This document shows, one piece after another, positions 9,820 through 19,307 of a stretch of DNA of 32,000 bases. Position 1 is the first letter of the stretch, and each line of letters begins with the position of its first letter. The stretch covers positions 660,001 to 692,000 of the forward strand of contig NZ_CP097762.1 of the NCBI RefSeq assembly GCF_023585745.1. Direction: 5' to 3'. Made by a program: the position numbers and the translations under genes. The stretch is from Candidatus Saccharimonadota bacterium. Lineage in GTDB: Bacteria > Pseudomonadota > Gammaproteobacteria > Enterobacterales > Enterobacteriaceae. The notes beneath the pieces are model-generated. The model searched no databases. It was not told the origin of the DNA and saw only the letters and a program-made list of their open reading frames with translations.

Positions 9820-10059
9820 TTATTGAATTTTAAGATAATATATATCTATTAATTTTTTTAATTGTTCAGATAATATATATATTTTTTTTTTGCTAGAAAC
9901 CGTAATAATAAGATGTATGTTTTTTCTATTATTTGTATTCATATATGATGACATATATAATGTGTGTAGTTCGAATCTTCTATGACGTATAACTCGGAGT
10001 ATACGTTCTAGTACCTCTGGGCAAAATCTAGCTTTAATAGACAAAGAATGATATATCAT
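9820..10059 (-). CDS. ilvM: acetolactate synthase II small subunit
   Basis: 79 aa. Its N-terminus ...ARFCPEVLERILRVIRHRRFEL matches E. coli IlvM (ARFNPETLERVLRVVRHRGFHV). The start lies 6 nt after the ilvG stop. Confidence 0.9.
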   Translation of the reverse strand: MIYHSLSIKARFCPEVLERILRVIRHRRFELHTLYMSSYMNTNNRKNIHLIITVSSKKKIYILSEQLKKLIDIYYLKIQ

Positions 10060-10065
10060 ATTATA

Positions 10066-11715
10066 TTATTTCTCCAGCATAGTTGCATTAGAGGATCCAG
10101 GCGGTACTAACGGCCAAACATTTTCACATTCATTGATAATTACGTGTAGTAAAAAAGTACCTGTATATGTAAATAAAGTTTTTATTGCATTGGAGATTTG
10201 AGATTTATAGGTTATAGATATTCCATCGATTTCAAATGCTTGTGCTAAAATTAAGAAATTGGGGTTATCTGTTAGGGTAGTTTCGCTGTAGCGCTTTTTA
10301 AAAAATAATTGTTGCCATTGACGTACCATACCAAGGCGTTTATTATCTAATAAAATAATTTTTATAGGTAATTTTTTACGTTTAATAGTAGCGAGTTCTT
10401 GTACATTCATCATGAATGATCCATCGCCAGAAATACATAGTACTGTGCTACGAGGTCGTCCAATTTGAGCGCCAATAGCAGCAGGTGTGCCAAACCCCAT
10501 TGTACCTAATCCTCCAGAAGTAATAAAGTTTTCTGGTTTATTAAATCTCATATGTTGCGCAACCCACATTTGATGTTGCCCAACATCAGTAGTAATGATG
10601 GTATCATCCGGAGAATGCTCGCTAATTTTATTCAGCAAGTAAGGAGCATAAATTTTATTACTAGATGATTCATAAGACCATTGGTATTGTGTTTTTAAAG
10701 ATTTTATTTTTTTTCTCCATGTATCAATAGATAGAGGTTGTGTTAACATAGGTAATAAATTATTTAAATTCCCTAATAATGTTACGTTTGCTATGCGCAG
10801 TTTATTAATTTCTGCTGGATCAATATCTAAATGGATGATTTTTGCTTTTGGAGCAAAGGTATCCAGTTGTCCTGTTACTCGATCATCGAATCGAGCTCCG
10901 ATTGCAATTAATAAATCACATTTTTGTACTGCCAAATTAGCTGCTTGATTTCCATGCATACCCAGCATTCCTAAATAGCAATCTTCTGTGTAATCTGGCG
11001 CTCCCAATCCTTTCAATGTTACTACAGTAGGTATTTGTGTTACAGAAATAAATTTACGTAATTCACCTACTGCTGCAGCTATATTTACACCGCCTCCTAC
11101 ATATAATACGGGTTGAAGCGCTTGTGACATTAATGTACGCGCTGTTGCTATGTCTTGTTTAATATTGCGTTGTATGTATTTATTGTTAATATAAGCATTA
11201 GGTTTATTAAAAGATTTAATAATAGACAATTGAATATCTTTTGGAATATCTATTAGTACTGGCCCTGGTCTACCTTGAGTAACTATGAGGAACGCTTCTT
11301 CAATAATATTAGGTAAATCACTTAATGATTGTATTAAAAAGCTGTGTTTTGTACAAGCTAAAGATAAACCTAAAACATCTATTTCTTGAAATGCATCAGT
11401 ACCAATTAAATCTGAACCTACTTGTCCAGTAATAGCTATTATAGGAATTGAATCTAATAATGCATCAGCCAATCCTGTAATTAGATTAGTAGCTCCTGGG
11501 CCAGATGTAGCGCAACATACTCCAATATTGCCAGTAGCTCTAGTATATCCAATAGCGGACATAACAGCTCCTTGCTCATGTCTGCATAATAAATGCTCTA
11601 TTTTAGAATCAAATAATGCATCATATATCGGCATGATAGCGCCACCAGGATAACCAAAAATGATGTTTACGCCTTTTTTTTGTAATGTTTTTATTAGCCA
11701 CTGGGCTCCGTTCAT
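10066..11715 (-). CDS. ilvG: acetolactate synthase II large subunit (intact)
   Basis: 549 aa ThDP enzyme ([34 protein letters not shown]...GDGSFMMN). It is the first gene of ilvG-M-E-D-A-(C) on the minus strand. Confidence 0.98.
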   Translation of the reverse strand: MNGAQWLIKTLQKKGVNIIFGYPGGAIMPIYDALFDSKIEHLLCRHEQGAVMSAIGYTRATGNIGVCCATSGPGATNLITGLADALLDSIPIIAITGQVGSDLIGTDAFQEIDVLGLSLACTKHSFLIQSLSDLPNIIEEAFLIVTQGRPGPVLIDIPKDIQLSIIKSFNKPNAYINNKYIQRNIKQDIATARTLMSQALQPVLYVGGGVNIAAAVGELRKFISVTQIPTVVTLKGLGAPDYTEDCYLGMLGMHGNQAANLAVQKCDLLIAIGARFDDRVTGQLDTFAPKAKIIHLDIDPAEINKLRIANVTLLGNLNNLLPMLTQPLSIDTWRKKIKSLKTQYQWSYESSSNKIYAPYLLNKISEHSPDDTIITTDVGQHQMWVAQHMRFNKPENFITSGGLGTMGFGTPAAIGAQIGRPRSTVLCISGDGSFMMNVQELATIKRKKLPIKIILLDNKRLGMVRQWQQLFFKKRYSETTLTDNPNFLILAQAFEIDGISITYKSQISNAIKTLFTYTGTFLLHVIINECENVWPLVPPGSSNATMLEK

Positions 11716-12282
11716 ATTTTATTTTCTCATATGATTGTATTGGTTATTTTATTATTAAATTAGTGTGCTGTAATAGATTTTATCTGCAAAGTTTATATGA
11801 GATATATAAAATTGTACTGTTTGTGTAGTTAAATTTTTTATACATATAAATATTATTTTTATATAAAAAGATTGTTATTCTAATAATATTATTATATTAA
11901 TTATTTTATGTAATGTAAATATTGATATTATTATTACATAATATTTTATGGGAGAGGTATTATAATCAGTGTGTTTGTTATTTTATAGCATTAAGAATAT
12001 ATAAAATTCTTTGTAATATATTTATGCTAATATATAAAAGCTATCATTTAATTGATTTAGATATTAATATTGTACTGATAATGTTATTTTATAATATTAT
12101 TAATATCTTTTATATACTTAAAATGATTAATGTTATACATATAAATATTTTGTAAAAAAGGTGTTTTATAATTGAAATTTTTCAGAAAATTAAACATGAT
12201 TTCGTATAGTGACAATTATAATTGTATGTTTTTATTGAGCTAATTAATATTTCATTGGTACAGTAATAACAGAAAATATTAA

Positions 12283-12354
12283 CAGGGGTGAAGAGATTTG
12301 AACTCCTAATTCCCGGTTTTGGAGACCGATGTTCTACCGTTGAACTACACCCCT
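12283..12354 (-). tRNA. trpT: tRNA-Trp (anticodon CCA)
   Basis: The reverse complement is aggggtgtagttcaa...tcggt-ctCCAaa-accgg...gagttcaaatctc...cacccct-g, close to E. coli trpT. No encoded CCA (tta follows). Confidence 0.95.
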
Positions 12355-12375
12355 AGTGATAAGAAGGTCTCGATG

Positions 12376-12450
12376 CGGTGCGGACGGGATTCGAACCCGT
12401 GACCCCCGGCGTGACAGGCCGATGTTCTAACCGTGCTGAACTACCGCACC
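12376..12450 (-). tRNA. aspT: tRNA-Asp (anticodon GUC)
   Basis: The reverse complement is ggtgcggtagttcag...tcggc-ctGTCac-gccgg...gggttcgaatccc...ccgcacc-g, close to the E. coli asp tRNAs. It lies 21 nt upstream of tRNA-Trp. No encoded CCA (cat follows). Confidence 0.95.
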
Positions 12451-12537
12451 TTCTTAATTTTTATTTATTTTATAAAAGTTAATACAATAATATATTGTTG
12501 TGGTATTATTTGAAATATATCATAAACAATGTTGTTA

Positions 12538-12610
12538 TGGAGCTAAGCGGGATCGAACCGCTGACCTTCTGCGTGCAAAACAGATGCTCTACCAATTGAG
12601 CTATAGCCCC
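12538..12610 (-). tRNA. tRNA-Ala (anticodon UGC)
   Basis: The reverse complement is ggggctatagctcaa...tctgt-ttTGCac-gcaga...cggttcgatcccg...tagctcc-a, with the G3:U70 identity pair present. It lies 87 nt upstream of tRNA-Asp. No encoded CCA (taa follows). Confidence 0.95.
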
Positions 12611-12641
12611 ATCGTTAATAAACATAAGGACTATAACAAAT

Positions 12642-12671
12642 TTAATATTAATATGCAAATATTAATATTAA
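12642..12671. repeat. A/T-only inverted repeat (13-bp arms, loop gcaa) 32-61 nt upstream of tRNA-Ala
   Basis: ttaatattaatat-gcaa-atattaatattaa. It is perfect but low complexity, because the aatatt unit is itself palindromic. Confidence 0.5.
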
Positions 12672-13540
12672 TTGCCATTTATTTAAACATTTAAATTTAT
12701 TTAATTTAATATTAAATGTAGTATTACATTAGAGTTAATTTTATAAATTTATAAGTAATGTATTATTATGTTTAGTAGTTTAATTGGAGTAATTTTGTAT
12801 TAATAGAAATTATTAATTGATTGTTTTATTTTCATAAAAATTATTTAATTTTATAAGATTAAATATTAATTTAATTTTTTGTAATATACATTATAAATGT
12901 ATAAATTTTAATAATAGTTATTCAATGATAAATTTAATTATTAAAAATACATTCCAATCAAATTAGATTTTAGTGATAAAGATAATTTAGTTAAAATATT
13001 TGCAATATGAAATTGATTAATAGTATTTATATTATATATGAGAAATTTAATTTTGTATTTAGTGGTTATAGTGTTAGAATTTTTTAAATAATTTTTTTAT
13101 AAAATATAGTAAATAATTTTTATTTTTAATACATATTTATATATGTTATACTAAAAGTTAATGTTAATTAATGTAACTGATAATAATATTTAGTTTTTAA
13201 ATTATTTTTAGAAAGATGGAAAAATTCAGTATATAGCATAGAAACACGGTTATAAATTCTGTATTTTAATAGTTTTATGTTATAAAAATTAATATTTTTA
13301 GTAAAAAAAATTTTAGGTTTTTTATTTGATTTGGAATGTTATTCCACTTAATAATAAGTGATTTTTTAATTTTTATAAAAAATTTCATTGTTGGATAAAT
13401 GAATGATTCTTTTACAAAGAAAAGAAAAATTATATACACATATATAATATAGATGTATGAAAAGTGTTTATGTAGTTGTTGTTAGAATTTTATAGAAATA
13501 TTCTAAATTATTGTAATATGTGATGTTTTATAAAAATCAT

Positions 13541-13568
13541 TGCATAAATATAATATTATATTTATGCA
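13541..13568 (-). terminator. 28-nt perfect palindrome; candidate metF terminator
   Basis: tgcataaatataat|attatatttatgca, with all 14 pairs verified. On the minus strand it is followed by atgattttta. It lies 108-135 nt after the metF stop. Confidence 0.5.
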
Positions 13569-13675
13569 CTTAATTCATATTTACTATTATATAGTAATTT
13601 TAAGTAAAATTAATAATGTGTTGTTTTTTATTAAAATGTTCTATTTAGAATTGGCTATTATTGTATAGCATATCA

Positions 13676-14566
13676 TTAATTATGTATGTATTTTACTAAG
13701 GTATGGCATATAGCGTATGTTATATCTGATCTGTTAAGGGTATAAAAATGAAAATTTTTTACTCCTTCTTTAATGAGAATTCGGATCATATTCATAGCTA
13801 CAAATGTTCCAAGCATTTTTTGTGTTTTGAAATCATTATCTAGTCCTCGAAACATCATAGATATCCAATGTGGTATTTTTACTTTGGTGATACTTGTGAA
13901 ATATTGTAATTGACGAAAATTGAAAATTGGTAATATACCTGGAGTAATGTCTATATCAATTCCAATAGATATACACAGATCTCGAAATCTTAGATATTGT
14001 TCTACATCAAAAAAAAATTGTGTTATTGCGCGATTTGCTCCAGCATCTATTTTTTTTTTTAAGTGAATTATATCTGATTGTGCATTTTTTGCCTCTGGAT
14101 GTACTTCAGGGTAAGCAGCTACTGTAATATCAAAATTTCCGATTTTTTTTAATAAAGATACTAAATCTATAGCATGCATAGAGGGTTTGGGGTATTTTGT
14201 AGATTTATCTCCTCTTAAAGCAATAATATTACGTATACCGTTATCCCAATATTTCTGAGCTATATATGTTAATTTTTGTTGTGTTTCATTAATACATGTT
14301 AAATGTGGTGCTGCTATTAATCCAGTACGTTTTTTTATCTTTTTAATTGTCTTATCAGTATAATCTCTTGTGCCAGAATTTACACTGTATGTCACGGAAA
14401 CAAATAACGGATTTAATTTACTTAATTTATTTATAGTTTTCCATAATATTTTTTCCATTTCAGTGGTTCTTGGTGGAAAAAATTCAAATGATATATTAAT
14501 GTTGCCTTGAGATTCAGTAAGATATTGATTTAAAATTTCTTGTTGAGTAGCATGAAACATACTCAT
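13676..14566 (-). CDS. metF: 5,10-methylenetetrahydrofolate reductase
   Basis: 296 aa, the same length as E. coli MetF. Contains FEFFPPRT, VSVTY, AAPHLTC, ALRGD, AAYPEVHPEA, DAGANRAITQFFFD and FHFYTLNR. A good SD (aagagga) precedes the ATG. Confidence 0.98.
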   Translation of the reverse strand: MSMFHATQQEILNQYLTESQGNINISFEFFPPRTTEMEKILWKTINKLSKLNPLFVSVTYSVNSGTRDYTDKTIKKIKKRTGLIAAPHLTCINETQQKLTYIAQKYWDNGIRNIIALRGDKSTKYPKPSMHAIDLVSLLKKIGNFDITVAAYPEVHPEAKNAQSDIIHLKKKIDAGANRAITQFFFDVEQYLRFRDLCISIGIDIDITPGILPIFNFRQLQYFTSITKVKIPHWISMMFRGLDNDFKTQKMLGTFVAMNMIRILIKEGVKNFHFYTLNRSDITYAICHTLVKYIHN

Positions 14567-15005
14567 ATTTTCCTCTTATATATTGTTATTAGTTAATATT
14601 GCATTATAGATAAAGTCTATGTACAATGATGTTGTTATTTAACAATAAATGTTATTTTACACATATTATGTTTTATAATTTCGTGATTTTTGTTGAATAA
14701 AATTTCATGTGTTTATAACAGAACAGAGTTGTAAATAAATTAGTTTATTTTTTAGTTAATGTATTACATACCGAATATAAGATGTCTTTAAAATTATGTA
14801 ATCTTAATAAACATAGAAATTAATAAATATAACATGCATATAATATGTGTTAGTCCAACATATAGACTTTTTGAAAAAAGTGAGAATTTGTATTGTGTTG
14901 TATATAATGCATATTTTTTATAAAATATTGTTTGGGTTTTATAAAAAATTTAAATACATATTTAATATCGATAATTTCATCAATAATTTTTTAATGAGTT
15001 TATTT

Positions 15006-16154
15006 TCATATTAATGAAAATGATTTTTTTAAATCAGCGATGAGATCATCGCTATCCTCTAGCCCTACGGATATACGTAACAACATATTATTTATTCCAG
15101 CTTTTTTTTGAATATTGTCTGGCATCGCGGCATGCGTCATAGTGGCTGGATGTGCAATCAAACTTTCTACTCCTCCAAATGATTCAGCTAAAGTAAATAG
15201 TTTTAATGCTTTTAAAAATTTTAACAATTTATTCTTATTACCCTTTAATTCAAAGCTGAATATTGATCCAAATCCACTTTGCTGTTTATTAATAATATGG
15301 GATTCAGAATGATTTGATAATCCTGGGTAATACAATGTTTTAATATGATCTTGTTTTTGACAAAAATCAACAATCTTTGCAGCATTTTTTTGCTGCTGAT
15401 GAACACGAGGAATTAAAGTTCGCATGCCTCTTAATAGTTGATAGCTATCAAAAGCGCTACCAGTCACGCCAAGTGTGTTCCCCCACCAATTTAGTTGATT
15501 AGCTATATAAATATCTTTAGTTATGACTGCTCCTGCTATTACATCGGAATGTCCGTTTAAATATTTACTGCAAGAATGTATGACTATATCTGCACCTAAA
15601 AGTAATGGATTTTGTAATACTGGCGTCATAAATGTATTATCTACAGCGCATAAAGTGTCGTTTTTGACACTACAGATAGTATTTATATCTACTATGCGTA
15701 ACATAGGATTACTGGGGGTTTCTAGAAAAATTAATTTGGGATGGTATATTTCGAATAATTCTAATAGTTTTTTTATATCCCTTTGGTCAGTAAACAATAC
15801 TTTGCATATACCTTTTTTGTGTAAAGCATCTAATAATCTATATGTACCGCCATAACAGTCATAAGGAGCAATTAATACATCATCTTTTTGTAGAAAAGCG
15901 ATACAAACTAGATAAATTGCAGACATTCCACTGCTTGTTATAATAGTATGTTTTCCATATTCTAAATTTGACAGAAGTGTTTGAGTTAAGTCCCTAGTAG
16001 GGTTTTTTCTTCTTGAATAGTCGTAAGGTCGAGGTTTGTTGAATTCTAAAAAATTATAAGTGGTTGAAAGAGTTATCGGTGGAACAACACATCCGTGTTG
16101 TTCGTCGCTATTTAAGCCGTTTCGAATACTGATAGTAGATTGTTTTATATCCAT
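15006..16154 (-). CDS. metB: cystathionine gamma-synthase
   Basis: Collinear with E. coli MetB (DEQHGCVVPPI.LS.TYNF, YSRR.NPTR, SGMSAI, HSCSKYLNGHSD with the PLP Lys, LAESFGGVESL). The ORF-track start at 16181 is a TTG. The ATG at 16154 (MDIKQSTISIRNGLN), preceded by aaagg, aligns with the E. coli N-terminus MTRKQATIAVRSGLN. Confidence 0.95.
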   Translation of the reverse strand: MDIKQSTISIRNGLNSDEQHGCVVPPITLSTTYNFLEFNKPRPYDYSRRKNPTRDLTQTLLSNLEYGKHTIITSSGMSAIYLVCIAFLQKDDVLIAPYDCYGGTYRLLDALHKKGICKVLFTDQRDIKKLLELFEIYHPKLIFLETPSNPMLRIVDINTICSVKNDTLCAVDNTFMTPVLQNPLLLGADIVIHSCSKYLNGHSDVIAGAVITKDIYIANQLNWWGNTLGVTGSAFDSYQLLRGMRTLIPRVHQQQKNAAKIVDFCQKQDHIKTLYYPGLSNHSESHIINKQQSGFGSIFSFELKGNKNKLLKFLKALKLFTLAESFGGVESLIAHPATMTHAAMPDNIQKKAGINNMLLRISVGLEDSDDLIADLKKSFSLI

Positions 16155-16359
16155 GTAACCTTTATTAGGGTATGATTTCAACTTAAGATTAAATAAAATG
16201 TGTAGTGTTAGTGTGTATTTAAATATTGAGCATGTACTTTTACATGTTGATATGTAATAATTTTTTTATTGATTTAATATATCGTTAGCATAATGTATTA
16301 CAGATCAATAATAACTGAATTGTAGAACATTATTATTTTTATATCAATAAGATATTTGT

Positions 16360-16572
16360 TTAATATTTGCAAAGAGTTTTGTAACGTTTTTTAAATAAAT
16401 TAACTTGTCCTCGTGTATCTATTATGCGTTGTGTACCTGTGTAAAATGGATGACATTTATTGCAAATATCTAGATTTAAATCTTTATTTAAAGTGGATTT
16501 AGTATGGATTATATTTCCACACGCGCAGTATGCGGTGATCTTTTTATATTTTGGGTGTATGTTTTTTTTCAT
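16360..16572 (-). CDS. rpmE: 50S ribosomal protein L31 (Zn-ribbon type)
   Basis: 70 aa. MKKNIHPKY...CACGN...[10 protein letters not shown] matches E. coli L31 in length and in the four Cys. Confidence 0.97.
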   Translation of the reverse strand: MKKNIHPKYKKITAYCACGNIIHTKSTLNKDLNLDICNKCHPFYTGTQRIIDTRGQVNLFKKRYKTLCKY

Positions 16573-17422
16573 ATTAATGAATTTAGAATAAATTTATGTT
16601 AGTGAATAATTTTCATAAAAAATTAGTTTATTGCTTATATATTTTGTGAATTTCCAACTATAGAATAATGTGCAAATATAATTTAATCAAATATTTTTTA
16701 AAAAAATATTCTAAATTTATATGGATAATAAAAAGGTTTTTTTACATATATATTGTGTTGAAATATTTAATTTTTTATATAAAATATATATTTTATATAT
16801 TAAAACTCCGGAATAAATGTACTGAAAAATATTTCATAAAATTAAACAATTTATAATCAATTTATATTTACTTTTGACAGGATAATTATATTTTCAGTAA
16901 ATTTTTTTATTAATATAATTTTTTAAAATATATTGGATTTATGCTAAATAACATTAGTAAATTCATAAAAAGTTTTACTTTATTGAATAGTAATTTAATT
17001 TTTATGTGTATTCTACAGTAGAAAAATGTTTTTTATTATTAAATTTTTACTATTTCAAATTTAATGTTTATATCTTAATTAATATGAATTATTAAATCAC
17101 ATCCAAGTATAAATATTTATAGAAATTATAAATTCTGATTATAGCAGAACAATGCATAAAATTTTGTTTTGAATGAATCGATAAATTTTTAACAATAAAT
17201 TTTATTTTTTATTAAATTAGTAGTACAGTGTGATATTTTTATCATTTTAAATAATTATATAAATAAACAGAATTTATAGATAAATTTTATAATTTTAAAT
17301 TATTTTATACTATTAGGATAAATTATATATCTTAACAGAACTAGTAAAGTAATTATTTTGTGTGATAAATATCTATAACGAAATTGATTAATTATATCAT
17401 AAGTTTATATAAGGTATGCTAT

Positions 17423-18178
17423 ATGTCTGAATGGGTTACAGGTCAGGTTGTTAATATAACATATTGGACTGATCAATTATTTAGTTTAATTGTCAAAGCT
17501 CCAGTAAACAAATTTATTGCAGGTCAATTTACGAGAATTGGAATAAAAATTAATAATCGTATTATTCAGCGCGCTTATTCATATATTAATGCTCCAAACG
17601 ATACATATTTAGAATTTTATATAGCTACTATATCATCAGGAAAATTTACGCCTATGTTACATAATTTACGTCCTCATGATTTTATCATGTTGACTAAAGA
17701 ATCTTATGGGCATTTTATATTAGATGAAATACCAAATTGCACAAATTTATGGATGTTAGCTAGTGGTACTGGAATTGGTCCTTATTTATCAATATTAACA
17801 GATAATTGCCGTAATAATAAATTAGATAGATTTTCTAACATTATTTTAATACATGCAGTACGTTTTGCTAGAAATTTAAATTATTTAACTAGAATGCATA
17901 AATTGCAATGTTTTTATCGTGGAAAATTACATGTGTATACAATAATTAGTCGTGAAGACTCTGTGCATTCATTGTTTGGTCGAATACCATTTTTAATAAA
18001 AAATGATATTTTAGAAGCAAAAGTAGGGTTCAAGCTAGATAATAGGAGTAGTCATGTAATGTTATGTGGTAATCCGTATATGATACGTGATACTAAAAAA
18101 ATATTACAGATAAAATATAAGATGCAGGATCATTATAAAAATAAACCCGGTCATATAACACAAGAACGTTATTGGTAA
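17423..18178 (+). CDS. fpr: ferredoxin/flavodoxin-NADP+ reductase
   Basis: Collinear with E. coli Fpr (WVTG.V....WTD.LFSL, AGQFT, RAYSY, LWMLA.GT.IGPYLSIL, HVMLCGNP.M..DT, C-terminal E.YW). The ATG at 17423 (MSEWVTGQV) with aagg 8 nt upstream fits the E. coli N-terminus better than the TTG at 17384 given by the track. Confidence 0.93.
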   Translation: MSEWVTGQVVNITYWTDQLFSLIVKAPVNKFIAGQFTRIGIKINNRIIQRAYSYINAPNDTYLEFYIATISSGKFTPMLHNLRPHDFIMLTKESYGHFILDEIPNCTNLWMLASGTGIGPYLSILTDNCRNNKLDRFSNIILIHAVRFARNLNYLTRMHKLQCFYRGKLHVYTIISREDSVHSLFGRIPFLIKNDILEAKVGFKLDNRSSHVMLCGNPYMIRDTKKILQIKYKMQDHYKNKPGHITQERYW

Positions 18179-18341
18179 TGTTTAAAATTTATTTTAATAA
18201 TTACGAAATAATTGAAACTTAACATTAATTATTTAATATAAAATTATAATTTTATTGAGCTGTATTTTTATTAAAATTTGTTTAATAACTTAAACGTTAT
18301 TTATAAAAGTTTATGTAGATTGATTTTAATCGGAGAAAAAT

Positions 18342-19109
18342 GTGAGAAATTCGTTAATAGTAGGAAATTGGAAATTAAATGGTAATAAGTATCATATAAC
18401 TAACTCCGTTGCTAAGTTAGTAGAGTTATGTGCTTCTATTTCCAGAAGTTATATAGCTATTGCGCCACCGGTTGTATATTTAGATATGGTAAGACGTAAT
18501 TTGAGAGATAGTTGCATTAAGTTGTGCGCACAAAATGTAGATCCTTATATATCTGGAGCGTTTACCGGAGATGTTTCTCCGATTATGTTGCAAGATCTTA
18601 ATGTTAAATATGTGTTAATTGGTCATTCTGAACGTAGAATTTATCATAATGAATATGATGCATATGTTGCGCAAAAGTTTTGTATTGTAAAAAAAATAGG
18701 ATTAATTCCAATTTTATGTATAGGAGAAAATAAAAAAGAACATGCATGCGGATATACTGAATCAGTATGCCTTAATCAGATTAAAGTTATTATTAAATTA
18801 TCAGGGGGAACAGTAGAGGTTTTTAAAGATTCAATTATTGCTTATGAACCCGTGTGGGCTATAGGTAGTGGTGTAAGCGCTGTACCTGAAGAAGTGCAGA
18901 TGATACACAAGTCAATTCGCAATTATATAGAAAGTTACAGTATTAATATAGCTAGCAGCGTAAGAATTTTGTATGGCGGTTCTGTAACTCCAGAAAATGT
19001 TGTTAATTTTTTAAATCAAAAAGATATTGATGGTGTTTTAATAGGTTCAGCATCTTTAGATGCAGATAAGTTTCATGATATTATAAAATTATCAGAAAAG
19101 TTAAATTAA
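18342..19109 (+). CDS. tpiA: triosephosphate isomerase (GTG start)
   Basis: 255 aa. Contains VGNWKLNG, GAFTG, IGHSERR, CIGE, AYEPVWAIGSG and YGGSV. The GTG start codon lies 6 nt after ggag. Confidence 0.97.
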   Translation: MRNSLIVGNWKLNGNKYHITNSVAKLVELCASISRSYIAIAPPVVYLDMVRRNLRDSCIKLCAQNVDPYISGAFTGDVSPIMLQDLNVKYVLIGHSERRIYHNEYDAYVAQKFCIVKKIGLIPILCIGENKKEHACGYTESVCLNQIKVIIKLSGGTVEVFKDSIIAYEPVWAIGSGVSAVPEEVQMIHKSIRNYIESYSINIASSVRILYGGSVTPENVVNFLNQKDIDGVLIGSASLDADKFHDIIKLSEKLN

Positions 19110-19165
19110 ATTTAATATTACATGCAAAATATTTATTTTATGAATACAGAAAATTTAGTTTTTGT

Positions 19166-19187
19166 AAAAAACCTAAAATATTTTAGG
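19166..19187 (-). terminator. candidate intrinsic terminator of pfkA
   Basis: On the minus strand: cctaaaat|attttagg (16-nt perfect palindrome) immediately followed by tttttt. It lies about 120 nt after the pfkA stop, in the convergent tpiA/pfkA spacer. Confidence 0.5.
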
Positions 19188-19307
19188 AATATGTTATAGA
19201 ATAAGGTATGTATTATTTTTACTCATAGGTTGATATAAGATATCTATTATATAGATACTCAATTTTTGTACTAGTAACATTATATTTTTGATGCTTTTAA
19301 ATATAGT

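Noticed and set aside
11922-12155. 77-aa TTG-initiated hydrophobic ORF in the spacer upstream of ilvG, with a palindrome plus T-run (12212-12225, acaattataattgt then atgttttta) downstream
   Set aside because: Its composition (I, L, F, Y, N, K) is what AT-rich non-coding DNA translates to. It has no ATG start and no SD, and no recognisable family. The nearby ggagagg (11951-11957) is not followed by an in-frame start. It is kept only as a very weak possibility.
11716-12282. Search for an ilvL-type leader peptide and attenuator upstream of ilvG
   Set aside because: Manual minus-strand translation found only short ORFs without Ile, Val or Leu runs, and no terminator or antiterminator arrangement. 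I cannot support a leader.
12283-12354. Possible alternative genetic code (UGA read as Trp), as in some tiny endosymbiont genomes
   Set aside because: tRNA-Trp has the standard CCA anticodon, not UCA. ilvD terminates with TGA at exactly the expected protein length. All genes give full-length products under code 11.
12500-12694. 64-aa ORF on the plus strand
   Set aside because: It runs antisense across tRNA-Ala (12538-12610), for the same reason as above.
14780-14787. Met-box-like octamer agatgtct (7 of 8 match to AGACGTCT) upstream of metF
   Set aside because: It is a single box with non-matching neighbouring octamers, and MetJ needs tandem boxes. No metJ is in the expected position. It is likely chance.
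16155-16181. N-terminal extensions implied by the ORF-track starts of metB (16181, TTG), fpr (17384, TTG), rpmB (31401), cysE (21560, TTG) and hemD (43, TTG)
   Set aside because: In each case a downstream ATG aligns with the E. coli N-terminus, or, for hemD, the frame is open to the window edge. The longer forms add non-homologous residues.
16776-16799. 24-nt perfect palindrome tatataaaatat|atattttatata
   Set aside because: It is composed purely of A and T, essentially TA-repeat-like low complexity, which is expected by chance in this composition. The 11-bp A/T-only repeat at 14915-14948 after metB is treated the same way.
16668-16856. 62-aa ORF in the rpmE-fpr spacer
   Set aside because: The translation is low complexity (runs of K, Y, F, I), there is no RBS and no homology signal. 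It is a typical spurious ORF in ~10% GC DNA.
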